Assembly (NCBI GenBank): GCA_018985225.1
Contig: JADGIF010000152.1
Span: 1-16,838, forward strand
Direction: 5' to 3'
DNA from: Amoeboradix gromovi X-113
Taxonomy: Eukaryota > Fungi > Sanchytriomycota
Length of the DNA stretch: 16,838 nt
Shown: positions 1 through 9,542 of the stretch, piece after piece
Position numbering within the stretch: position 1 is the first letter of the stretch
How the letters are laid out: every line of letters starts with the position of its first letter
Notes under the pieces: generated by a model
What the model was told of the DNA's origin: nothing
What the model saw: the letters and a program-made list of their open reading frames with translations, nothing else
The model's database searches: none
Made by a program: the position numbers and the translations under genes

Positions 1-153
1 CGATACAAAAAGTTATTTATTTTCCTTTTATACTCGTCAACTCCGCAACTAGCTGAATGTCCACTCGCCTCTTAAATCCATAAAATTAACAAAGCTGAAA
101 TAATGTTCCAAGTTGTGACAGAAAGTTAGTCCAGTTTTTATATTTGATGTCCC
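1..153. mobile_element. Right end of a MITE copy (same family as 11258-11657), truncated by the window edge
   Basis: 1-153 aligns to 11521-11657 with 3 substitutions and one 16-nt indel. It ends in the 30-nt TIR AGTTAGTCCAGTTTTTATATTTGATGTCCC (124-153), and homology ends at this terminus. Confidence 0.85.
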
Positions 154-1595
154 AGTTGTAAACAACTCATCTACAGATTCTCCTTGAGGACTTTGACTTA
201 TAATTTTAGCTTTATCTGTCAGCAAGTATATTGACTTTTTGTAGTTCTCACAGAACTAATATGCACATTATCAATAGCCCAGGAAGAACTCTCATTATTA
301 TCAACTGTGGTCTTGCAGGATTCTCAGTAGACACCTTCTGTAAAACTAGACTAATACTTTATCGCCTAAAACAAGGCAAAACACTACTTTCCATCTCTTC
401 TCAGCAAACTTGGTCTGCCACCATATTTTAGCAGACTTTCAATTACTTAAAGCTGATCATTCTGTTACTAGCAATCTTAGAATCAATCAGCGTACTGACT
501 TGATAAACGTCACTGAAATCGTATGGTAAGATACGTTAATGTGAATTTCGATTAGATGGCAATACAGCGGCTGAAAAAATGAGTTTTCAAACTTCAGAGT
601 ATGTCTGGGGCTCCATGAGCTTCTAATGCTCCATGATCTTCTTTTTGCTCCACATAATGATTAAAAACAGCCTTGCATTCTCAGAAAAAGGAGCATGTTG
701 AATTATTATGGCTAAATCTGTTAAGTCGATAGCTAGCTTAATAAGTATAGTGGTCCAACTAATAAATAGGTATGGAAGAGTTGAAATGTTTGATAAGTGA
801 ACGCCAGAGTCTGTAGTTGTATTGTTAGCAGTACTACATATGTTTTGGTTTTGCTAATAAAACTAGAATTATAAGTAGATTTTTCGCAAAGATGTTCTAA
901 GCGATCTAGATCTATGCTCTGAGGCTCAGTTCAAGGATTGAAGAAGAAATTGAAACATTCTTTCCCGTAAGCACTTAAAACATTTCTTGCACATGAAGAA
1001 CTATAAACCAATGTATTTTGCAATGAATTTGCGCTATAAAATCCACTCATATGGGGACTATGCAAATCATTATTACTTGCGTGTTCCATGAAGGTATTTT
1101 TTGACAAGCTAGAAAAAGTCATGCTGGAGATGTTACGAATGTGGAGATTCGTAATCCAGTTATTTTCCAGCTTTATTGAAATTGGAAAACTGGTGTTAAC
1201 TGCTCCAATAAATAGTTATTGAATATATTAAAAGTTCGAGTGCATCTTGAATATCAGGTGTTGTGCCCGTAATTTTATTTGTCAAAATGTATAACTTTTA
1301 AGTTCAAAGGGGTTCTTGCGGTATTTATAATTTTATCACACTCCCTTGCATACTAGGGTTGACTAAGAATGGCACACAGAATTCTTTTAGTAAAAACGCG
1401 AGGCTTTTTAATTTATTCGTTTTCTGTAAGGGTTAGTGCCACTTTTTCGATGTCTCCAAATTCGCTTATGAAGAACTAAGAAATGTCAGGACATCAGTGC
1501 AAACCATCTCACGCACTTCTATCTACCATCTCAAGTTTGAGACAATCGCAACAAGAAACTGTAACAATAAAATTAATGATTTACTTTGTTTAATA

Positions 1596-3364
1596 TCAAG
1601 TCAAGTTATAAGCTGGTCCTCCACCTCCCTCTGGGACTGTCCAGTTAATATTCTGGCTGGGATCTTTGATATCACACCTACGTTAACAGCTGACTACGTT
1701 TTGCAGTGCACACAATTCTGTGCATTAATTTGAAATCGATACTTACTCATCTCACCATTACTCAACTGGACAGGCTTCTCAAGCTCAATGTATTCATAAA
1801 CACCTGCTGGACAAAAGTTTGCCTCAGGTCCTCCATATTTGGGCTTATTTATTGCCACTTGAACTTCTTCGTTCTTCAATCTTAAATGACTCGGTTGCAC
1901 ATGGTTGTGGTTAGTACCGCTCCTCTGCAGATTCTCCAATAATGGAAAAGAATAGACCCCATCTGGTTTTGGGTAATTTATTGATTTGTTAGGCCATTGC
2001 AAGGTAGCATGGTCTGGCTTGCCATGACTAAACGTCCACGGTGTCTCCTTTAAAAGATGTCTTAACACAAATAAATCAAGTCCATTGTAGAGCAACCCTG
2101 CGTATAATCCTAAATGAAACGCCGGTCTACTATTACGCACGCTGAATAGTTCTTTGCCTACCCAAGAGTCGTGTTTAGCTGCTTGTTCATAGTCTTTGAT
2201 GTCTAGCACTTTGAATGGCGTAATTTGAGATTCCGTCTCAATTCTGATGTTGCTAGACTTTGGAAGCTGCTTAACTACTGCTTCTGCTGCAAGCATGCCT
2301 GATTTCATGGCTAGATGAGTGCCTTTGATCTTTGGTAGATTCAAAAATCCAGCACTGCATCCTATGAGAGCAGCACCATTAACTGTTAATTTTGGTAAAG
2401 ATTGATAGCCACCTTCATTGATAGCCCTAGCACCATAGCTAATACACTTGCCGCCTTTCAGAAACTGCTTAATAGAAGGATGTGTCTTATATCGTTGAAA
2501 TTCTTGATAAGGACTGAGGTTTGGGTTTGTGTAATCCAAACCTACAACCAATCCAATGCTGACAAGATTTCTTCCATTTTGATGAGCATCGGTGAAATGG
2601 TACATAAATGAGCCGCCATAAACAGAATTCTCTAATGGCCAACCAACACTGTGGAGAACTAGGCCATTTTGATGATTTGTTGGAGGAATCTCCCAGACTT
2701 CTTTTACTCCTATTCCGTAAGTTTGCTGTTCATTAATACGCAAATCAAAATGATTTATTAGTTGCTTAGAGCAGCTACCATGACACCCCTCAGCTAAAAG
2801 GGTTATTGGAGACAACAGCAACATACCAGGATCAAAGTTGCTAGTTTTTTGAAACCCTTTATCCAGTCCTACAGGACTTGTGGCTATTCCTAAAACCTTG
2901 TTATCTCTTATTATTAATTCAGAGGCACTGATTCCGCTATATATCTCAACACCCATTGATTCAGCTTGCTCTCCCAGCCATTTGACCACTTGAGACAAGG
3001 ATACAATATAGTTTCCAGTGTTATGCATGTCTTCTGGGTGTGGAAGAATAAATGATTGGTTTTTAGTTAAAAACAACATTTTATCATCACTCGCCTTGGT
3101 ATAAATAGGAGCGCTGTCCCTCCAATTCGGCAACAGCTCATCCAGAGATCTTGGTTCAATAACAGCTCCTGATAATGTATGCAAACCGACTGATGCCGCC
3201 TTCTCAACTACTATGACACGCATATCTTTGTTTAACTGTTTGGCTCTGATGGCTGCTGACAACCCAGCTGGACCAGCGCCTACAATCAATAGATCAGTAG
3301 TATCTACCGGTCTGTTTTGTAAAATACTTGATCTATGAAATGCTCTAATGAATTGAGAAATCAT
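1596..3364 (-). CDS. ETFDH: Electron transfer flavoprotein-ubiquinone oxidoreductase (ETF-QO), two exons: 3364-1698 and 1677-1596, ~582 aa
   Basis: FAD-binding VGAGPAGLSAAI, HTLSGAVIEPR, QTYGIGVKEVW, GARAINEGGYQS, PKIKGTHLAMKSG and FCPAGVYE motifs. Removing a 20-nt intron restores the 4Fe-4S motif and canonical end NCVHCKT|CDIKDPSQNINWTVPEGGGGPAYNLT*. Confidence 0.96.
1678..1697 (-). other. 20-nt spliceosomal intron in ETF-QO
   Basis: GTAGTCAGCTGTTAACGTAG has GT...AG ends and contains the in-frame TAG. Its removal rejoins the conserved CKT-CDIKDP sequence in frame. Confidence 0.9.
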
Positions 3365-3440
3365 GTCTCAGAATTCACATCTTGGAGAACTTAAAGTGCA
3401 CTAAAACTTAAAATATAAATATCTTTATTTGTTGAGCAGC

Positions 3441-4199
3441 TCAGCGCTTAAAGCCAGGAAAGAATGAATTAGTTTTTCTGCAATATTCTTGGAACTCTGG
3501 CCGATCTCCATATCTTTCCATTTGGGCTTTTCCAGTAATTCCAACTCCTGAACCAAATCTCAATAGTACGAAGACGAATGGAATGCTAATCAGTCCAACA
3601 TACTCCCAAGGTTGGGTCCATCCAGAAATACATAGGATATTGATTCCGATCCATAAAATCCATTCTCCCAAGTAATTTGGGAATCTGACTATTCTGAAGA
3701 GTCCAGTCATAATGGGGTCAGATGGGTGCTCTTTTTTGAATGAGTTCTTTTGATGGTCTGCTAGTATCTCTACAGAGAATCCAAATATGAATAAAATTAT
3801 TCCGATGAAATCCGATGGAGTGCCAAAGTCACTTTCTCCCTCTTTCATAACCAAGTAGACTGGTAGAGCTGTTACAAATGCCCAAACGACTTGTCCTATC
3901 CACATTCCGAGGAAAATCAGAGGTCTTGTTTTCACGTCGTCAAATCTCTTATCTCCAATTGTAAATGCACGAATACCTAAGTGGATTCCAAGCCTGATGG
4001 CCCAAATCAGCACGATAACCAGCAAAACTGTTTGTCTGGTAAGTTGATATCCCAAAACATACGCAACAATGACTGCTCCTACAAAACTCAATGAGCCTGC
4101 TAAGTCATAAAGTCTCTCAGTCTTTAGTGGTGCACTTACTATAAACCCAAATCCATTCAAAACTAACAAGTAGATGAGGACCGAAAGTAAAAGTTCCAT
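3441..4199 (-). CDS. DUF1295 family multi-pass membrane protein (steroid 5-alpha-reductase-like superfamily)
   Basis: Hydrophobic helices plus ERLYDLAGS, WAIRLG, GDKRFD, ADHQK, TGLFRIVRFPNYLGEWILW and YCRKTNSFFP, typical of DUF1295. Confidence 0.88.
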   Translation of the reverse strand: MELLLSVLIYLLVLNGFGFIVSAPLKTERLYDLAGSLSFVGAVIVAYVLGYQLTRQTVLLVIVLIWAIRLGIHLGIRAFTIGDKRFDDVKTRPLIFLGMWIGQVVWAFVTALPVYLVMKEGESDFGTPSDFIGIILFIFGFSVEILADHQKNSFKKEHPSDPIMTGLFRIVRFPNYLGEWILWIGINILCISGWTQPWEYVGLISIPFVFVLLRFGSGVGITGKAQMERYGDRPEFQEYCRKTNSFFPGFKR

Positions 4200-5129
4200 G
4201 GGGAAGTTAGAGTCGATTTAGATTCAACATCATCGATGTTTCTGAAAAGCAATCATAGACCTTGTCTTCCAACGCAGGTACGTTGCACATTTAATCAATA
4301 GTTACAGAAGTAAACCAGTGTTTTTTCAGTTTTCCAAGTAGAATTGAAACTTAAAATTCCAAAGAGCCGATTGCAAACGTTACGGTACAAATCCATGTGT
4401 CTGCAAAAACATGGCAGGTTGCAAAGATGTATTGCACTACCTATGAAAAGTTTGAGTCAAAAACGGTACATCACAAATATACGGGACCTGATCTGACAAA
4501 ATGTCCCAACTCCAAATTTAATAAATTTCCATTTATTATGAAATCAAGCAACTTAAATTGTAGACTATCTACTATTTGAGGTAGAATTTCATTATACCAA
4601 CACCTCTTGAAGTTATACCGTTTCTCCATCCAATAAATCACAAGTTTGTTCTGACATAATGTCCCAAACTTGGTTTAGCCAATCAAAAACTGTAAATTAT
4701 TGTAAATACAGTCTCAGTTAGGAATAATATTCAGCTTTATTTACTATTATTATTTCCATTTTTCAATTAAGATTCTGAATGAGTAAGAATAATAATGTAT
4801 TATTAAAATGTATTCAATTCTAAGCAGCCAATTATAAAAGCTAGATTATATAGATTACTTGACAGTAAGATATAACTCTACGCACTCTTAAAAAAGTTGT
4901 ATAACTACTCTACAAAAAAGACGCTTCTTTTTTCTGATTCACGATGGAGACTTTATCTTCAGTCTTTACATGTATCAAACCAAAACGAAATATTGGATAA
5001 AGACCTTTCATGGAATTTACAAAGAATTATGAGTAGCAGATTTTAACCGAAAACAAATGGTGAGTTAATCAAGCTGAGTACATACACTGCTAGAACAGCT
5101 TACAAAAGCCATACAGATGACATAAAATA

Positions 5130-5997
5130 TAATAGGATCCTTGGGATTATTCATGGTACTGCAGAAATTCTTACAGTAAGTGAACCTTTATCACAGGACA
5201 CTTGGGATCTAACAGTGGCTCGAAATTACTATCGACAATCTACGAAAAGTCGGCATTTTTGACTCTTTTGATAGACAAGCAATATTTTTAAAACCTGATG
5301 GAATTAAAATCAAAACTGCTTATGATTTAAACTATTTCAAATTCGAGTATAACAATCTATATGGATTTGATGATGGATTTGGCTTGGCTTAGAGAAGAGT
5401 TAAGAAACTTAAAAGGATTTTGTTTCAACGATACAATTACTTTTGAATCTCTTCTGATCAGAGACAAAAATGGATATCATTTCGGGCTTTTACATCAAAA
5501 AATGATCTGAGGAATACAAGACCTAGCAAATGTGGGTTTATCGACAATGCTACTGCATTGGCTAGCGATTACAATTCTTATTTCTCGTTGGCAATCATGA
5601 CGTCAATGGAATCAAAATGGGCCATCCATGCACCTATTTTGGTCTATCTCATGGTAAATTTGTAAAATGTTTCTATTCTCTAGGAGACTTAAGGAAATAA
5701 CAAGAGTGTTACAATAAACAAATGTATGAAATCATTCTTACATGAAATATGGACGTCGAGGAGACAGCTCAAGTATTGGGGCTTAAGCAAAGTTGGATAG
5801 ACATTGAAATACTTGAGTATTTAGGAATCGAACAGATGGTTCTAGAATCTCTCAGCAACGAGCTTGATATCTATGATGTATTTGAAGAGTCTAGAGAATT
5901 TGCTGAAAATTTTATTGCGATGTATAAAAATGACACAAGAATGACCATTCAAGATGCTTTTGCCGCGTTTCGAACTATGTTGACGATGATGTTATGA
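5130..5997 (+). pseudogene. Degraded ORF remnant of unknown family
   Basis: Protein-like stretches broken by stops and frameshifts (NRILGIIHGTAEILTVSEPL..., DSFDRQAIFLKPDGIKIK..., and the 82-aa ORF 5749-5997). No recognisable motif. Confidence 0.35.
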
Positions 5998-6960
5998 GAA
6001 AATCAGAGAACTGGATATTCTAAGATACATTTTTCCTCGTGGAGAGGGAATAATTTTACTATTACGCATTTCCTCGTAGGCATCGAAATGATATCTATAT
6101 AAGCCCTCAAACACTGTCATTCTAGAGCTTTCTTCCTTGAATAGTTTGGAATGTTTAGGAAGCTTTGAAGGATCACCTCTCAACTCCGTTACAAGGTATG
6201 GGTCTCCATCTTGAAATATAACAAATCGTGATATAGAAAAGGTCAGGCAGTTTTCTTCTCTTGTTATTATCACCCTCTTGAAATTTGGGAATGTATTTGT
6301 AGATAGTCCTTTCTGTTGTAAAAGAAAGACGTTCTTGTAGATCAGGCTTTGAATCTGCAGGCATTATTTGCTCATTTGTAGTCTGTATGTCACCATGATA
6401 CCCAATACATTGGTGAACATATTTTTGTTCGACACCTGTGACTATTTTTGATATTATAGATTTATCTTTTAGTAGTTTGAACTCTTCTGTATCGTAAATA
6501 CACGTTGCCATGTGTGTTTAGGCTAATTTTTCCCAGCGTTTGTCATCAATTAGGAAGTCTGTGAAGAATTGGGGAAAATATGTGCAATGAGTTCTCTCAG
6601 CAGTACATGTAGTAGACTTGTTCATTTTTGCTTTGCTTTGTTTCCTTATTTCACTTGGTGTATATTCTTTTATATACGAATTTACTGAAACAGCTACATC
6701 GGGAGCCCTTGATGAAGGGGTTTTAATACTTGAGACTTTTAATGAAAAATGAAACTAATCAAAAACGATAGTACATTTATTGTTGAACTCATCTTTCTCT
6801 TGTTGGTAAACCAACCTCTCAAGTGGGCCATGCCCCATTGCAGCTCGTTTTTCTGGTTCTTTAGTATTGCTTTTTAAGGACTTGGATTTAATTACCCTTT
6901 CATCATCAGTTGCCAATCGTCTTCGTATTATTAAGGTGCTCACAGATGATGCTTGATGCT
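5992..6960 (-). pseudogene. Stop-interrupted ORF remnant of unknown family
   Basis: ORFs 6755-6943 and 6173-6511 share one frame, bridged by an open stretch and separated only by TAG (6757-6755) and TAA (6520-6518). It probably frameshifts into 5992-6273. The 5' end lies next to the transposon end at 6972. Confidence 0.5.
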
Positions 6961-6971
6961 ATACTTCATAT

Positions 6972-7772
6972 AGGACATTATATGCAAACTAGAGTAACTT
7001 GAAATTATCATAATTTACAAAATTGATATCTTCTGAAATGTTAAAGTGAGACATATCTAAGAAATACTTGTTTCGAACTGGTACCTTTATTATACGCGTT
7101 TCCAAATGACTTTAAATATATTTTTATAGTTCATATGAAATAATTAGACTAAATAATTTACTAATCCATATCTTCATTATCTCTCAATTTGATGTTATTT
7201 TGCCCGGTCAATGGAGAGATAATGGTCAATTAGTAAGAGATACAAGTACATACACAGTCATACCATCTCATTATACGATTCAAGCAATTTACAATGTGTA
7301 TCTTTTAGACAATCAAGTGAGCGTAAGCTACTCGAGCTTTAAACGGCTCTTTGAACTACAACCCATTAAAACTTTAACACCCAAGTCTGATTTCGGTGAT
7401 GAATTACACAACTCAAATAATGTGCAGATGAAATGACATTGACAGAATTAAATCAAGTACTTTCAGCTCATTTGAGAGAAGCAAGATACACTACAGAAGA
7501 GTATCATGTAGATTCAAGACAAGAGGAAGTTACACACTTTTTATTTGACTATGCTCAGAGTCTATGGTATAAAATTTCTTCTTTCATTAGCGTCATTCCT
7601 CTCTTTAAAATAAACAAGATGGCCCACCTTCTCTTTCAAATAGTGAAGGTCTTTGAGTGTCTAGCAAAAGGTGCAACCAGTCAGATTAATTTAATTTATT
7701 ATCGGTTAATATACTTCAAATAATGCTTCAAACTGTTTCAGAAAGTTGTCTAGTTTTTATATCTGATGTCTA
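6972..7772 (+). mobile_element. Internally deleted, degenerate Sola-like DNA transposon
   Basis: Left TIR-like AGGACATTATATGCAAACTAGAGTAACT (6972-6999) preceded by ATAT. Right TIR-like AGTTGTCTAGTTTTTATATCTGATGTC (7744-7770). 7568-7670 resembles MITE interior 11350-11450, and 7718-7770 resembles 98-151. Confidence 0.65.
7200..7570 (+). pseudogene. Sola-type DDE transposase fragment (frameshifted)
   Basis: IPSHYTIQAIYNVY...VSYSSFKRLF...PKSD followed in another frame by HLREAR...Y...HFLFDYAQ. This matches the recalled Sola-like pattern LP...IY..Y...S.S.F..I...P.sD.C..C...H...A...sFDfaQ (first catalytic Asp). The cysteines are lost and the rest is deleted. Confidence 0.6.
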
Positions 7773-7788
7773 TTTCAAGGAGTAAAAC

Positions 7789-9399
7789 ATGTCTACTGAA
7801 AATGAAAGCAGTGTTGGTAATACTATGGAGCTCTCGGTGGATTCTCTACCGAGACACGATTCTAAATTTGAGATTTATGACCTATTAGATAAAACCAACA
7901 AAAAGCCAGATTTTAAATTTGAGTTTTCATATTTTCCAAATACATTGCCTAGTTTATTTATGAATAGCGATTTTAATAATAGTTGTAAACCGACTTCAAC
8001 TGGTAAATTTGATGCTCAACCGATATTATGGTTAAAGAATGAGTCTAAACCGATGAATATGAAAATATTACACCCACAAGGCTATCATGAGTTAAAAGAG
8101 AAGTTGACTAATATATATTGTAATATTCAGGATAGATCGTATACAGATTGGGATAATTGCAACAATATTTATTATTTAGCCAATTCTTTAGAAACTATTG
8201 ATCTTTTAAGAAAAGAACTTGAAAGTAGAGGCCAATTTGTTATGAGATTTGACATTAGGCTGTTCTATGAGCAGTTTTACACTCATATTTTAAGCTGGAT
8301 CGATGAAGGTGCTCGTAAAGAAGGTAAAAAAGCCTGGATGGCCAAAAAAGCTAGAAAGAAAACATCAATCAATGAGTGGTTATCGCTTTTAGAAGATGCC
8401 ATATGCAATCTTCAATATAGAGAGACCATTGGGCTACCAATCGGATCGGATCTGTTGAAGGAACTAGCTGAAAGTTATTTAATTTGTTTAGATGCTATCC
8501 TTATTAAAGACAAGCCCGTTGAAAATGTCAAAATTATTAGATGTCACGACAATTATGACGTTGTATGTCAATCGCCCTCAGATTGTGAAAAAATGGTCTA
8601 TCATATGGTTTACAAATTGAGAGAATTTAACTTCACAGTCAACTTTGAATCCAACGTACCTTCTAGTGATCCACCTGTGCAATTGTCAACTATGTTAAAT
8701 GGAAACTTGAGTCATGCATTAAGGGTGTTGGATGATTTTAGAACTAAAATGGACTACCATCTCGTTTTATCGCATTTTGCAGAAAAGTTGAAAGGATTTC
8801 CACCAAAAAGAAAATCAAATGATTACTATTATGGACTAATATCCAACCATCCTGGTATTGTCCATCACTTAGTTAATCTATTTCCAACAAATAAAACATT
8901 ATTGACTCTTTTGGTAAAGTTAATAAAACCGTTCTTGCGTCAAGGCATTGCAACACAATTTATTTGCGTATTGGAAATGGTCCGATTGAATTTTAACTCA
9001 ACCGATGTTGATAAAATCGAGAGCACGCTGACAGAAATGGGAGTTGATATTGGCTCATGTATACTTGTACAGGCCTATATGAGTCTGTTTGAGACAATGA
9101 GGTCCACTCAGATGCCTAGTAAGAGTATACAAATAGATGTACTGCAATGTAAAAGCAATGAGTACAAACTTGAAAATTTGGTTTTTACAGTGCCAGAAAA
9201 CGTATCAACGGATGACATAAAAACCAAGTACCTAGAGGCTAGTGGTTGCTGTGAGGATCTATTCTCAGTTTACACAGGTGAGCTAAACATTGCAACAGGT
9301 TCCAGAGGAATCATTAAAGTTAAAGGAAGTGAACAACTATTGGCCCAACATATCAAGTCATTTTTTGGAACTGAGGCATTCAATGTTGTTATTAAATGA
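7789..9399 (+). CDS. Reverse transcriptase-like protein of bacterial Abi/DRT (UG-group) type with degenerate catalytic motif
   Basis: Ordered motifs: YFPNTLPSLF (Y48), ILHPQGYHEL, FDIRLFYEQFYTHILSW (D155; cf. DIsxFYpSIYTHSIpW), QYRETIGLPIGSDLLKELAESYL (cf. QTxGIPIGPxxSRiiAEixL), IRCHDNY (cf. RYVDDY), LREFNFTVN (cf. LxeyxLxlN). A helical C-terminal half follows. Uninterrupted 536 aa. Confidence 0.85.
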   Translation: MSTENESSVGNTMELSVDSLPRHDSKFEIYDLLDKTNKKPDFKFEFSYFPNTLPSLFMNSDFNNSCKPTSTGKFDAQPILWLKNESKPMNMKILHPQGYHELKEKLTNIYCNIQDRSYTDWDNCNNIYYLANSLETIDLLRKELESRGQFVMRFDIRLFYEQFYTHILSWIDEGARKEGKKAWMAKKARKKTSINEWLSLLEDAICNLQYRETIGLPIGSDLLKELAESYLICLDAILIKDKPVENVKIIRCHDNYDVVCQSPSDCEKMVYHMVYKLREFNFTVNFESNVPSSDPPVQLSTMLNGNLSHALRVLDDFRTKMDYHLVLSHFAEKLKGFPPKRKSNDYYYGLISNHPGIVHHLVNLFPTNKTLLTLLVKLIKPFLRQGIATQFICVLEMVRLNFNSTDVDKIESTLTEMGVDIGSCILVQAYMSLFETMRSTQMPSKSIQIDVLQCKSNEYKLENLVFTVPENVSTDDIKTKYLEASGCCEDLFSVYTGELNIATGSRGIIKVKGSEQLLAQHIKSFFGTEAFNVVIK

Positions 9400-9542
9400 T
9401 TTAATGTATTACTTCTTAAACCAAAGTCATTTGTCTGAGGAAGGATCAGATTTAGACAATAAATACATATACAAGTAATGTGGATAAACCCGGATCGAAA
9501 TGGGAAGAAAGCTGGCACAAGATCAATCAAATTTCCGGTTTA

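Noticed and set aside
610-652. Short imperfect ~18-nt tandem repeat (GCTCCATGA..CTTCT)
   Set aside because: Only about 2.5 degenerate units with no spacers, so not CRISPR-like and likely incidental.
231-1500. Short ORFs 231-431 and 931-1122 and surrounding sequence
   Set aside because: No recognisable motifs. Possibly decayed coding DNA, but not supportable.
6755-6774. 20-nt GT...AG intron candidate on the minus strand (GTACTATCGTTTTTGATTAG)
   Set aside because: Removing it leads to a stop within a few codons, whereas reading through the TAG keeps the long frame.
7700-7788. Retron msr/msd or DRT-type ncRNA upstream of the RT
   Set aside because: The region is explained by the transposon right end. 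No a1/a2-type inverted repeats were seen, the RT lacks a retron VTG motif, and the 143-bp downstream gap shows no convincing structure by eye.
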